Positions 18,582 to 27,545 of a stretch of 64,000 nucleotides of DNA are shown here, one piece after another (the first letter of the stretch is position 1; every line of letters begins with the position of its first letter). The stretch spans positions 4,455-68,454 of the forward strand of contig CAMEJD010000007.1 in NCBI GenBank assembly GCA_945919375.1, written 5' to 3'. Both the position numbers and the translations under genes were made by a program. Source of the DNA: an uncultured Clostridia bacterium (GTDB lineage: Bacteria > Bacillota > Clostridia > Christensenellales > UBA1242). A model generated the notes under the pieces. It saw only the letters and a list, made by a program, of their open reading frames with translations. It was not told the DNA's origin and did not search any database.

Positions 18582-19004
18582 TTACATATTTTTCAAAACT
18601 TCTTGAACCATACGCATATCGCATTTGCCAGCATAGTTTGCCTTAAAGTGCTTCATAACATTTGGTATTGACTTGTCATCTAATGACAAAATTACATTCT
18701 TAATTTCTTCTTCTGTCATCATTTTTGGCAAATAACTTTCAACAAGTTTGATTTGTTTTTCAATTTCTTCAACTTGAGTTTGATGATTTACTTTTCTATA
18801 ATTTTCTGCTTCTTCACTAAGTTCTTTTATTGTTTTTTGCAAAATTTGAACATAGTCTGCATCAACCATTTCTTTTCCCGTTTCTCTTCTTTTTATTCCT
18901 TCCAACATAAATTTGTTAAGGAGTACACTATATATGCTTCTTGCAACCATATCTCTATCTTTCATTGCTTGCATATTTGCTTTTTTTACTTCATCTATAA
19001 TCAT
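18582..19004 (-). CDS. yqeY: GatB/YqeY domain protein
   Basis: 'IIDEVKKANMQAMKDRDMVARSIYSVLLNKF...YLPKMMTEEEIKNVI...MKHFKANYAGKCDMRMVQEVLK' is typical of YqeY. The start ATG at 19004 follows AGAGGTG. Confidence 0.85.
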   Translation of the reverse strand: MIIDEVKKANMQAMKDRDMVARSIYSVLLNKFMLEGIKRRETGKEMVDADYVQILQKTIKELSEEAENYRKVNHQTQVEEIEKQIKLVESYLPKMMTEEEIKNVILSLDDKSIPNVMKHFKANYAGKCDMRMVQEVLKNM

Positions 19005-19085
19005 TTTATCACCTCTACTGATATATTTTAGCACAATGAAGATATAATTACAAACATATAAAAGCAAAAATATTCACAAATAATG

Positions 19086-19122
19086 AAAAGAAAAATAGCT
19101 ACAAAAAGTTGATGTAGCTATT
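19086..19122 (-). terminator. intrinsic terminator after the HIT gene
   Basis: The stem AATAGCTAC (19094-19102) pairs with GTAGCTATT (19114-19122). On the minus strand it is followed by TTTCTTTT. Confidence 0.5.
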
Positions 19123-19148
19123 TTGATGGTTGAATATATATTCAATTA

Positions 19149-19553
19149 TTAGTTAAGTTTTAATTTATCCTGCATATCTTTTAATTCAGCATCTGTGCCT
19201 AAGAAATGTGGAAATACTTTTAAGTTGTCGCCATTCTTTCTTGGAATAATATGAATATGTAGATGGAATACACTTTGTTCTGCACATTCGTTATTTGCAT
19301 TTATTATGTTAACTCCACCAAACCCACAATCATTAACGTAATGATTTGAAATCTTTTTCACTGCACTCATAACATTTTTTAACACATCATCGTCGGCATC
19401 CAAAATATTTTGACAATGTTTTTTAGGAATTACCAAAGTATGTCCATATGCGTCTTTTGCAATATCCAAAAATGCCAAAACATTTTCATCTTCATAAATT
19501 TTATAGCAAGGAATATCTCCCTTAATTATTTTACAAAAAATACAATTATCCAT
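19149..19553 (-). CDS. HIT-family (histidine triad) nucleotide hydrolase
   Basis: 'CIFCKIIKGDIP' and the histidine triad 'HLHIHIIPR' are present. I set the start at ATG 19553 (MDNCIFC). The 68-aa N-terminal extension in the ORF track is antisense to tRNA-Ser. Confidence 0.88.
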   Translation of the reverse strand: MDNCIFCKIIKGDIPCYKIYEDENVLAFLDIAKDAYGHTLVIPKKHCQNILDADDDVLKNVMSAVKKISNHYVNDCGFGGVNIINANNECAEQSVFHLHIHIIPRKNGDNLKVFPHFLGTDAELKDMQDKLKLN

Positions 19554-19608
19554 AATTTTCTCCCAATAAAATAATAGTATCAAAATACCATAATAGTCAA
19601 GAAATTTG

Positions 19609-19637
19609 TTTACAAAGACAAAATGTTGTGGTATATT
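19609..19637 (+). promoter_or_regulatory. promoter candidate for tRNA-Ser
   Basis: The element is TTTACA (19609-19614), a 17-nt spacer, then TATATT (19632-19637). It ends 13 nt before the tRNA 5' end. Confidence 0.45.
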
Positions 19638-19650
19638 TTGTTTTGGACTA

Positions 19651-19738
19651 GGAAAGATGGCAGAGTGGTCTAATGCACACGCTTGGAAAGCGTGCGAAGT
19701 GAGAGCTTCCGCAGGTTCAAATCCTGTTCTTTCCGCCA
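19651..19738 (+). tRNA. tRNA-Ser (anticodon GGA)
   Basis: The 88-nt gene has an acceptor pairing GGAAAGA with TCTTTCC, an anticodon loop TTGGAAA, a long variable arm (CGAAGTGAGAGCTTCCG), a T-arm CAGGTTCAAATCCTG and an encoded CCA. Confidence 0.95.
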
Positions 19739-19746
19739 ATACCAAA

Positions 19747-19783
19747 AATGCGAACAACTATTGAATAATTGTTCGCATTTTTA
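19747..19783 (+). terminator. intrinsic terminator after tRNA-Ser
   Basis: The 11-bp stem AATGCGAACAA (19747-19757) pairs with TTGTTCGCATT (19769-19779) and is followed by TTTT. Confidence 0.7.
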
Positions 19784-19895
19784 ATTATTGCCACACACCA
19801 TATAATTACCTTTAAAACGAAAATTTTGTGAAAATTATAATATATTCTGCGTTTTTTACTAAATTTTTACAGTTTTTTATTAATTTTGTTTGTTT

Positions 19896-21038
19896 TTAAA
19901 ATATATTTTCTTCTTTACTTTCCATTCTATTTTTATCGTAAATCTTCTTTGCTTCATGTTTTGTTAGCACTAATTTATTGGAGTTTAACGAGCCTTTAAA
20001 TTTTTCAATTTGTTGAGCATTATATGAATCGTTTGCCATTTTTTCTAACATATTATACAATTTATCAAAACTTTTAGAGGTTGTCTTTGACATTGTGGCA
20101 AAAATAAGTTTTTCCAATTTTTGTTGCAAGATTGGTGTATCAGGTTCATTCATATATTCATACATTGGATAATATCTTTTGTAGTATTGTCTACCATCAT
20201 TATCTTTTTTTATTTCATCAAAATCATAAAAATCATATTTGCTCATATCATCATCTTGGCAATTCACTGCCATAAGCATATGGCAATATTTTGGAATATT
20301 AAAATCTCCCCTAACATTATCCCACGTTGGGTCACTATAAAAATGCCCATCAATAGAATACTTGTCATCATAAATTTCAATTTTTAGTCTAGAATGGTCT
20401 TCGGTGTTATCATTTTCCAAATTCCTAACCGTGCAAGCAATTCTTGTAGATTTTAGACCCGGCATATTTAATGTATCTATTATTTCATTTACCAAAGATG
20501 TAAAACCTGCACAAACAAATTCAGGTTCTTTTAAAAATGCCCCCGCAAACAATTGGTCATTGCTAAATCCACTTCTGTTTTTTGAGCATGAATACTTTGT
20601 TAAAGTTGAAACTTTTAAATATATATATGTATAAGCTTCTGCCGGAGATAAATTCTTTGATTTTATTTCATTACATATTTTGTAAATATAACTATTAGCC
20701 TTGATTATTGTTTCAATGTCCCATAACTTCGTTTCGCTATAATTAGTTTTACCCCGTGTTCTATGGACAACAAGCAAGTTCACTTTATTACCAGCATATA
20801 TGTTGTTATGTAGTTTACAAATATCGCAAAAAAGTTTATAAGGAATTTTCTCATCTGCAATAACAATATTAACTGGTTTATTAGCATTATTTAGAATTGT
20901 AGGATTATTAGCAAGATAATTTAATATTTCAAGTTGATTTTTTGAATATTCAATACTATCTGTTTTCAATAAATTTATATTAATTTCATCATTACTTTTA
21001 TCTATATTTTTTAAATCTTCTTTCGCACAAATATTCAT
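19896..21038 (-). CDS. hypothetical protein with a transglutaminase-like (papain-fold Cys-His-Asp) core candidate
   Basis: The spacing in 'EFVCAGFTSLVNEIIDTLNMPGLKS...EDHSRLKIEIY...GHFYSDPTWDN' matches the C..F / H / DPTW pattern of transglutaminase-like domains. This was read by eye only. Confidence 0.45.
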   Translation of the reverse strand: MNICAKEDLKNIDKSNDEININLLKTDSIEYSKNQLEILNYLANNPTILNNANKPVNIVIADEKIPYKLFCDICKLHNNIYAGNKVNLLVVHRTRGKTNYSETKLWDIETIIKANSYIYKICNEIKSKNLSPAEAYTYIYLKVSTLTKYSCSKNRSGFSNDQLFAGAFLKEPEFVCAGFTSLVNEIIDTLNMPGLKSTRIACTVRNLENDNTEDHSRLKIEIYDDKYSIDGHFYSDPTWDNVRGDFNIPKYCHMLMAVNCQDDDMSKYDFYDFDEIKKDNDGRQYYKRYYPMYEYMNEPDTPILQQKLEKLIFATMSKTTSKSFDKLYNMLEKMANDSYNAQQIEKFKGSLNSNKLVLTKHEAKKIYDKNRMESKEENIF

Positions 21039-21049
21039 AATACCCTTCT

Positions 21050-21547
21050 TTATATTTCTTCAATTTTATATCCCAAGTTATTTGCCACCATTAGAAATTT
21101 TTTAATGTTAAAAATTCCCCATTGATTGCAAACAGCAACTATCGTTCCATCTTTTAAAGTGATTAAATCTTGTTCATTTGAAAAATATCTTTTTTGATAA
21201 TCAGTTCTTTTTTTTATATTTTCCAAATTATCTACAACCATTAAAGAACCTTGCAAAGATTTATCAAAGACGCTTTGTAAATCTTTTAAATTTATTTGTA
21301 AATGATTGGTTGTATAATCTTTTATTATAGCAAGAACTAATCTATTTTTTGATAATATCTTTCCTTCATACAAGTATTTTGTCTTATCTCTGCTAGAAAG
21401 TTTTTGATTTTGACTTTTGCTTGTCTTTTCTTTAATCTTATTTTTAGGCACAAACCCATTGGAAACAAATAGACTTAAAAGACTTTCTAATCTTTCTACT
21501 CTTTGTTTTAATAATGCGATTTCTTCTTCAAATTGCTTATCGTTCAC
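21050..21547 (-). CDS. hypothetical protein (N-terminal coiled coil, basic linker, conserved-looking C-terminal domain)
   Basis: The 165-aa ORF starts at GTG after AGAGGA. It contains 'EEEIALLKQRVERLESLL' and the C-terminal 'RYFSNEQDLITLKDGTIVAVCNQWGIFNIKKFLMVANNLGYKIEEI'. I cannot assign a family. Confidence 0.5.
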   Translation of the reverse strand: MNDKQFEEEIALLKQRVERLESLLSLFVSNGFVPKNKIKEKTSKSQNQKLSSRDKTKYLYEGKILSKNRLVLAIIKDYTTNHLQINLKDLQSVFDKSLQGSLMVVDNLENIKKRTDYQKRYFSNEQDLITLKDGTIVAVCNQWGIFNIKKFLMVANNLGYKIEEI

Positions 21548-21747
21548 AGTTACTTATATCCTCTGTTATTAGTATATCAAACCTTGCTGACATTTTCAAG
21601 TTTTTCTCAATAGTTTTTAAAATAAACATTAAGAAACTTATTTATTTTTTATTAAAACTATAAAAAACCATAAAAATCTTTAAAAAACTATTTACAAATA
21701 AAAAACAGTATGCTATAATACGATTGTAAACAAAAGGAAGGAAAAAT

Positions 21748-22161
21748 ATGAAACAAATTGTAACTGTCGCTGGAATTATCTATAATGAAAAAGGCGAAAT
21801 TTTATGCACTGAAAGAGAAGTAGGAAAATATGAATATACTTCACTTAAATGGGAATTCCCTGGCGGGAAATTGGAAATTGGAGAAAACAATATTCAAGCA
21901 CTTGAAAGAGAATTAAGAGAAGAACTTGATATAAAGGTTCAAATTCAAGACAAATTTTATCAAGTTGAACATGATTATCCTGATTTTCACCTATCAATGG
22001 CTGTATACAATTGCAAATTACTTAGCAAAGAATTAAAAATGAATGTACATAAAGCACTTAAATGGGTTAACCCAAAAGATTTATTAAAACTTGAATGGGC
22101 TGGGGCTGACTTACCTGTTGCACAAAAAATCGTTGATAATTTTAACTCAAAAACTATGTAA
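21748..22161 (+). CDS. NUDIX hydrolase (MutT/NudG-like)
   Basis: The Nudix box is 'GGKLEIGENNIQALERELREELDI'. The SD is AAGGAAGGA. Confidence 0.85.
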   Translation: MKQIVTVAGIIYNEKGEILCTEREVGKYEYTSLKWEFPGGKLEIGENNIQALERELREELDIKVQIQDKFYQVEHDYPDFHLSMAVYNCKLLSKELKMNVHKALKWVNPKDLLKLEWAGADLPVAQKIVDNFNSKTM

Positions 22162-22197
22162 TAATATCATTGAAACTATTATTTAGAATAATCAAAA

Positions 22198-22230
22198 TAA
22201 AAAAATCTGACATTTATTGCCAGATTTTTA
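22198..22230. terminator. bidirectional terminator between the NUDIX gene and the 225-aa gene
   Basis: The stem AAAATCTG (22202-22209) pairs with CAGATTTT (22221-22228). An A-run and a T-run flank it. Confidence 0.55.
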
Positions 22231-22232
22231 TT

Positions 22233-22910
22233 TTATTTATCAAATTCTTTATATTTTATTAAGTCTTTATATCCATCTTGAATTATTATATCACCTATTG
22301 GGTCATTTGGTATTGGCTCAATTTCAATTGGTATAAATCTTATAAATGGAAAGAATGGCTCACTTATTATTCTTATACTAACAATTTCAGAACTATACAA
22401 TGCATTGATTTCTAGTTCATTATTACAGTCAAACATTTCTTTGATGTCATTCGGGGTTCTACCTGCCAAATCTTTATCCCATTTTTCAAAAGTATATTCG
22501 TATGTAATTACAATTTTTAAGTTCCTTCGTGGATAAAATACAAAATCATTTCGTTTTAAAAAGATTTTTTCCATTCCAAATTTATTTGCCCCATCAAATC
22601 TATTTTTAGGAATGATTGGCAAAACAATTGTTTTTTTGTAGCTATGTTTAAACTCTTTCCAAACTATTGTTTCATTTTCTTTTAAATTTTGACTATATAT
22701 CAAATCACACGCATCATTTACTTTTCCTGAATTGTCAAAATCATAACCATAGTAATAATTAATTTTATATGTTTTTTCTTGTGTTCCTTCAATTACTGCA
22801 ATATAAACTACATTTTTATTTGTTGTTTTTATATCATTTACAAATTTATTATGCTTTTGTTTAATTCCCCTGATTTCATTATATTGATTGATAAGCTGTT
22901 TATCTATCAT
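22233..22910 (-). CDS. hypothetical 225-aa protein
   Basis: The ORF has no TM segment and no motif I recognise. Its ATG overlaps the TGA of the upstream small reading frame (ATGA). Confidence 0.55.
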   Translation of the reverse strand: MIDKQLINQYNEIRGIKQKHNKFVNDIKTTNKNVVYIAVIEGTQEKTYKINYYYGYDFDNSGKVNDACDLIYSQNLKENETIVWKEFKHSYKKTIVLPIIPKNRFDGANKFGMEKIFLKRNDFVFYPRRNLKIVITYEYTFEKWDKDLAGRTPNDIKEMFDCNNELEINALYSSEIVSIRIISEPFFPFIRFIPIEIEPIPNDPIGDIIIQDGYKDLIKYKEFDK

Positions 22911-23152
22911 TTTTGAAAAATTGCTTTTAGTAATTCCTTTTTTGTATCAATCTTTTTATCACTATATTGGCATATATTATATAAAATATATAATTTTTTT
23001 ATAAACTTTTCAGTTATTTCTTTATTTTTATATTCATTTTTAATTAATTTACTTAAATCTTACAATCTTTCTATTGTTATATTTTTACTTTTAATAGCTT
23101 CATATAATTCATTTTCTCGAACATTTAACTTTTCTTTAAAATTATTAATCAT
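22907..23152 (-). pseudogene. 81-codon reading frame interrupted by one in-frame TAA, with a strong SD, ATGA-coupled to the 225-aa gene
   Basis: AAAGGAGAAATACT precedes the ATG at 23152. The frame reads 29 codons (MINNFKEKLNVRENELYEAIKSKNITIERL), then TAA at 23062-23060, then 50 further sense codons in the same frame ending in TGA at 22909-22907. Confidence 0.35.
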
Positions 23153-23306
23153 AGTATTTCTCCTTTTTGTAATCAATTATATGTGTAAACATTATATATT
23201 TCAAATATTAATTATTTATATAAAATATAACTTATAGATATATCAATACTTAACCAGTTTTGTATAAATTATTAATAATAAGCAATAAATAAAATGGAGA
23301 AAATTT

Positions 23307-24512
23307 ATGCAGTATGTAAAAGGTGATCCTTATTTTTGTCAAAATGTTGAATATTTAAAACAATATAACTATCTTACAAGTGATATCAAATGTGATATTT
23401 TAATAGTTGGCGGAGGAATTTGCGGTGCAATTCTTAACTACTATCTATCACAAAAATATGATGTCACTTTAATTGATAAAGGGAGAATTGGGCAAAATTG
23501 TACAAGTTGTGCAACGGCAATATTAGAATATCAACTTGACGACTTTTATCATGATTTAAAACAAGAATTTACAAAGCAAGAAATTATAGAAGTGTACAAA
23601 ATGGGGCAAAATTCTATCAAAAAAATAGAAAAATTTATAAAAAAGTATGGAAATAAGTGCAATTTTTCAAAAAGACCATCTTTTTTGTTTAGTCAAAATG
23701 CACAAGATAACAACAAAATAAAAAAGGAATTCACATTACGAAAAAACTACGGATTTAATTGCGAATTATTTACAAGAACAAACAACCCCTTTCCATTTCC
23801 AATTGCCAGCGGAATATACGATAAGAATGGTGGTGCAGAACTTAATCCATATTTGTTTTGCAAACAACTTATAGAAAATTCAAAAAATCAAGATAAAATA
23901 TACGAAAACACTTCATTTGATAATTTTTTAACGGAAAAAAATGGTTTTTGTGTTACAACCTGTTATAATCATAAAATCTTTGCAAATAAAATTATTCTTG
24001 CAACAGGTTTCAATATGGAGTTATTTCAAGATGAACATTTAATGCAAAGATTTGTTACTTATACAATAGTAACTAATCCATTAAAAAACATACAATGGAA
24101 AAATAATGCAACAATTCATGATAATCAAAACCCTTATCACTATTTGCGGAAACTGCCTGATGATAGGTTAATTTTTGGGGGTGAAGATGTCCAATTTAAA
24201 AAACAAAACTTTTCAAAGGCGAAATGTGAGAAAAAATATAATAATTTATATAACTCTCTATGTGCATTATTTGAAAACAGCAAAAACGAAATTAAAATTG
24301 ATTACAAATTTTGTGGAGCATTTGGAACAACGGACAACAATCTTGGACTTATCGGTGAAACAGATGTTGAAAACCTTTACTTATTTTTAAGTTGCGGTGC
24401 AAATGGGATTTTGAATGCAATGAATGGAGTTGATATAATTGAATATATATTCAACCATAGACAACATCCACTAGCTCATTTGTTTACTCCTATGCGAGTT
24501 ATTGATAATTAA
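23307..24512 (+). CDS. FAD-dependent oxidoreductase (DAO family)
   Basis: The N-terminal dinucleotide fold is 'DILIVGGGICGAILNYYLSQKYDVTLIDKG'. The length is 401 aa. Confidence 0.8.
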   Translation: MQYVKGDPYFCQNVEYLKQYNYLTSDIKCDILIVGGGICGAILNYYLSQKYDVTLIDKGRIGQNCTSCATAILEYQLDDFYHDLKQEFTKQEIIEVYKMGQNSIKKIEKFIKKYGNKCNFSKRPSFLFSQNAQDNNKIKKEFTLRKNYGFNCELFTRTNNPFPFPIASGIYDKNGGAELNPYLFCKQLIENSKNQDKIYENTSFDNFLTEKNGFCVTTCYNHKIFANKIILATGFNMELFQDEHLMQRFVTYTIVTNPLKNIQWKNNATIHDNQNPYHYLRKLPDDRLIFGGEDVQFKKQNFSKAKCEKKYNNLYNSLCALFENSKNEIKIDYKFCGAFGTTDNNLGLIGETDVENLYLFLSCGANGILNAMNGVDIIEYIFNHRQHPLAHLFTPMRVIDN

Positions 24513-24514
24513 AA

Positions 24515-24541
24515 AGGACTACAAATGTAGTCCTTTTTTTA
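24515..24541. terminator. bidirectional terminator between the oxidoreductase gene and ldh
   Basis: The stem AGGACTAC pairs with GTAGTCCT around the loop AAAT and is followed by TTTTTTT, which overlaps the ldh stop. Confidence 0.65.
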
Positions 24542-25447
24542 ATCTTTTATTTTACTAATTGTTTCTTTTATCGTTTCCATAGATTCAATTAACCTATCTC
24601 TTTCTTCATGGTTAAGTTCCAAAAATTGAGTTTCTTTTATGCCTTCTCGATTTAATATTGATGGCATACCAAAATATATATTATGTTCCTTATTATATGC
24701 TGAAACGGTCATAATTTCATTTGAATTATTTAGTATTGCATTTGTTATATTTGTCAAACACATTCCAATACCATAGCAAGTGTTTCCTTTTTTATTTATA
24801 ATATCATAAGCACTTGTTCTCACTTCATATAAAATTTTTGAGCAATCATTTTCGGTAAGATAAGCACTTGCCTTATTTAGTCCAATCATTGCACTGCTCC
24901 AAGGGATAAACTCTGAATCTCCATGTTCACCTATTACATATGCGTGAATATTTTTTGGGCTTACTTCCAATTTATCAGCAATTAAGCATCTAAGCCTTGC
25001 ACTATCAAGTACTGTTCCACTTCCTATCACTCTATGTGGTTTAAAGTTTGATAATTTGTATGTAATGTAAGTCATAACATCAAGTGGGTTTGTTGCTACC
25101 AAATATATACCATTGAAATTTGTTTTATTAATTTCTGTTATAATACTTTTAAACACAACATAATTTTTGTTTATTAAATCAGTTCTTGTTTCTCCAACTT
25201 CCTGTGGTCTTCCTGCACATATGCAAACTATATCTGCATCATTGCAATCACTATAATCTCCTGCCTTAATTTTTATTCTATTTGAATTATACGCAGCTGC
25301 ATGAGTTAAATCCATTGCTTCACCCAAAACTTTATCTTTATTTATGTCAATAAGAATCAACTCATCAACCTTGTTCTTTGTGATTACCAAAGAAAAGGCA
25401 TAACTCATTCCAACATTTCCACAACCAACAATAACGACTTTATTCAT
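24539..25447 (-). CDS. ldh: L-lactate dehydrogenase
   Basis: The motifs 'KVVIVGCGNVGMSYAF', 'ICAGRPQEVGETRTDL', 'GEHGDSEFIPWS' and 'VIGSGTVLDSARLR' are present. Confidence 0.92.
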   Translation of the reverse strand: MNKVVIVGCGNVGMSYAFSLVITKNKVDELILIDINKDKVLGEAMDLTHAAAYNSNRIKIKAGDYSDCNDADIVCICAGRPQEVGETRTDLINKNYVVFKSIITEINKTNFNGIYLVATNPLDVMTYITYKLSNFKPHRVIGSGTVLDSARLRCLIADKLEVSPKNIHAYVIGEHGDSEFIPWSSAMIGLNKASAYLTENDCSKILYEVRTSAYDIINKKGNTCYGIGMCLTNITNAILNNSNEIMTVSAYNKEHNIYFGMPSILNREGIKETQFLELNHEERDRLIESMETIKETISKIKD

Positions 25448-25489
25448 AACTCTCTCCTAACAAAAGTGTACATATAAAATAAATTAAAG

Positions 25490-25963
25490 TCAATTAAAAT
25501 AAGTTATATGAATACCCATATTGTAAAAAAGTTCCATTGTATCAATTAATGCAAAATAACCGTTTTCTTCTGTTTCATTGTTAAGATTAAAAACAAGATA
25601 ACATTTGTCATTATCTTTTGCAAAAGATATTGCATTGTAAATTATATTACGCATATCTTGTGGATTTTGATTTGATATTTCATACATTGTTATATTATTA
25701 TTTTCAAAAGTTGATATAATTTGCTTATCTTCTCTTTGATTATCATTTTCAAGTTTATTGGTACTTTCTATTGTTATTGGTAAATCTATATTAAAAAACA
25801 GTTTTTGATATTTCATAGATAAATTATCATAACTTTTAATCACAATGTTTATCTCTTGATTTTTTATGTCCATACTGGCAAAAATTTCCTTTTCTATTAA
25901 AATATTACCAAATGATATGATACAAACACAAATAAAAAAAACAAAATATATATACTTTTTCAT
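25490..25963 (-). CDS. secreted/membrane-anchored hypothetical protein
   Basis: The N-terminal hydrophobic segment is 'MKKYIYFVFFICVCIISFGNIL'. No other motif is evident. Confidence 0.5.
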   Translation of the reverse strand: MKKYIYFVFFICVCIISFGNILIEKEIFASMDIKNQEINIVIKSYDNLSMKYQKLFFNIDLPITIESTNKLENDNQREDKQIISTFENNNITMYEISNQNPQDMRNIIYNAISFAKDNDKCYLVFNLNNETEENGYFALIDTMELFYNMGIHITYFN

Positions 25964-25987
25964 ACATATATTTTGCTCTTATTTTTA

Positions 25988-26527
25988 TTAATTATTATTT
26001 TGACTTTCTATATTTTGCTTTTTTGTTTTTTCCTTAAATACAAAGTATTTGCTATACAAAAACTCTGTAACAAAATTTACTATCATAGTTAATGCCAAAA
26101 CCAAATATTCATTCCAACCGATTTTGCTTAATTCATTTCCCCATAATGTTGAAAGTGGAGTAAACACCAAATAATAGCAAAATACTTTTAACATAGCAAT
26201 AGGTACATTGTTTGATGATTTGAAAGTAAATTTCCTATTAAAAGTAAAATTCCATAACACCGAACATACAAGTCCAATTAAGTATGCTGGCCAATATGTA
26301 AGTCCTGCAACTTCATTTAATAAAGTGAACACAGCAATTTGGATTATTCCTGCAGATAGTGAAAATCCTAAAAATTTTAGTGCTTGCAAAAGATACTCTT
26401 TTTTTGTTTGTTTTTTTGTTTCTACTTTTATATCGTTATGTATTTCTTCTTTATTTTCTTCCATATCAGTTTTAGTATAATAGATTTTGTTGATAAAGTC
26501 AATATAATTACAAGTAAAAAAATTCAC
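25988..26527 (-). CDS. GtrA-family membrane protein
   Basis: 'LKFLGFSLSAGIIQIAVFTLLNE...LVCSVLWNFTFNRKFTFKS' is typical of GtrA. The start is uncertain: either GTG at 26527 or ATG at 26464. Confidence 0.75.
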   Translation of the reverse strand: MNFFTCNYIDFINKIYYTKTDMEENKEEIHNDIKVETKKQTKKEYLLQALKFLGFSLSAGIIQIAVFTLLNEVAGLTYWPAYLIGLVCSVLWNFTFNRKFTFKSSNNVPIAMLKVFCYYLVFTPLSTLWGNELSKIGWNEYLVLALTMIVNFVTEFLYSKYFVFKEKTKKQNIESQNNN

Positions 26528-26554
26528 ACAAAACTGTGCGAATTTTTATAACCA

Positions 26555-26830
26555 TTATTCAGCAATTACGCTAACAATTTTTTTGTCACCACTCTTTGAA
26601 AATTTAACTTTTCCATTAGCAGTTGCAAAAATTGTATAATCTTTTCCAAGTCCACAATTTACACCTGGATAAACTTTTGTGCCTTTTTGACGAACGATAA
26701 TTGAGCCAGCAAGAACATCTTGACCATCATATCTTTTTACACCAAGTCTTTTTGAATTACTATCTCTACCGTTCTTTGTGCTACCACCACCTTTCTTGTG
26801 GGCAAAAAGTTGGATATTAATAAATTTCAT
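26555..26830 (-). CDS. rpmA: 50S ribosomal protein L27 (with Firmicutes-type N-terminal pro-peptide)
   Basis: The sequence begins '[32 protein letters not shown]'. The ATG at 26830 follows GGAGG. The ORF-track N-terminus is too long. Confidence 0.93.
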   Translation of the reverse strand: MKFINIQLFAHKKGGGSTKNGRDSNSKRLGVKRYDGQDVLAGSIIVRQKGTKVYPGVNCGLGKDYTIFATANGKVKFSKSGDKKIVSVIAE

Positions 26831-27158
26831 CTTGAACCTCCAATTTAATATAGTCGCTGTATGAAGATAATAAATCATTTAATGAAAGTTGCATAGTTTT
26901 CAAAATAATTTGAGCTTCTTGCATCTTTTGTTCACTAAGATTTTTAGGCAATTCAAATTTTAAATAACCTTTTTTGTCATCTTTTTTAATTACAGCATTG
27001 ATTTTAAGAACTTTGACAATTCCAAGACAAGCACTTTGAGTTATTGACGAAACTGCACTGCAAAGAATATCTTTACCATAGTTATCATAACCTGTATGTC
27101 CAGAAACTGTGAAAGCAACAATATTATTGTTTTTTGTTTTGATTTGAATATTTGTCAT
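26817..27158 (-). CDS. prp: ribosomal-processing cysteine protease Prp
   Basis: The gene lies between rplU and rpmA. It contains '[23 protein letters not shown]', which carries the His/Cys dyad. Confidence 0.85.
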   Translation of the reverse strand: MTNIQIKTKNNNIVAFTVSGHTGYDNYGKDILCSAVSSITQSACLGIVKVLKINAVIKKDDKKGYLKFELPKNLSEQKMQEAQIILKTMQLSLNDLLSSYSDYIKLEVQDEIY

Positions 27159-27159
27159 A

Positions 27160-27465
27160 TTACTTTATCTCTAAGATTTTAACTTGAGTGAATGGTTGTC
27201 TATGACCTTGTTTTCTTCTAACATTTTTCTTTGCTTTGTATTTGTAAACAACAACCTTGTCGCCTTTGCCTTGTGCAAGAACTTCTGCTGTGCAAACAGC
27301 GCCTTTAACAACTGGTGTTCCACAAACTACTTTGCCTTCGTTTGATGTGAGCAAAACTTCAAATTCAACCTTGTCGCCAACATTTTTATCAAGTTTTTCA
27401 ACTTCCAAAACATCACCGGCTTGAACTTTGTATTGTTTTCCTCCTGTTTGAATAATTGCAAACAT
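27160..27465 (-). CDS. rplU: 50S ribosomal protein L21
   Basis: The sequence begins 'MFAIIQTGGKQYKVQAGDVLEVEKL' and contains 'KKNVRRKQGHRQPFT'. Confidence 0.93.
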   Translation of the reverse strand: MFAIIQTGGKQYKVQAGDVLEVEKLDKNVGDKVEFEVLLTSNEGKVVCGTPVVKGAVCTAEVLAQGKGDKVVVYKYKAKKNVRRKQGHRQPFTQVKILEIK

Positions 27466-27545
27466 AACTTTCCTCCTTAACTAATCTCACTATCCTAGGT
27501 GGCACAATTGCACTTTGAAACCCATAATATGTGGCATACTTTGAT

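Noticed and set aside
19554-19757. N-terminal 68 aa of the 202-aa ORF containing the HIT protein
   Set aside because: This part is antisense to tRNA-Ser and its promoter. The HIT domain starts at the internal ATG 19553 (MDNCIFCKI).
19651-23306. Integrated prophage or genomic island at tRNA-Ser
   Set aside because: I saw no integrase or recombinase, no phage structural genes and no direct repeat of the tRNA 3' end by eye. I kept it only as an accessory-looking cluster.
27466-27545. Ribosomal-protein leader RNAs (L21 leader upstream of rplU; L13 leader at 29561-29660)
   Set aside because: Leaders of the right length follow good promoters, but I could not verify the family-specific structures by eye. 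A covariance-model search is needed.
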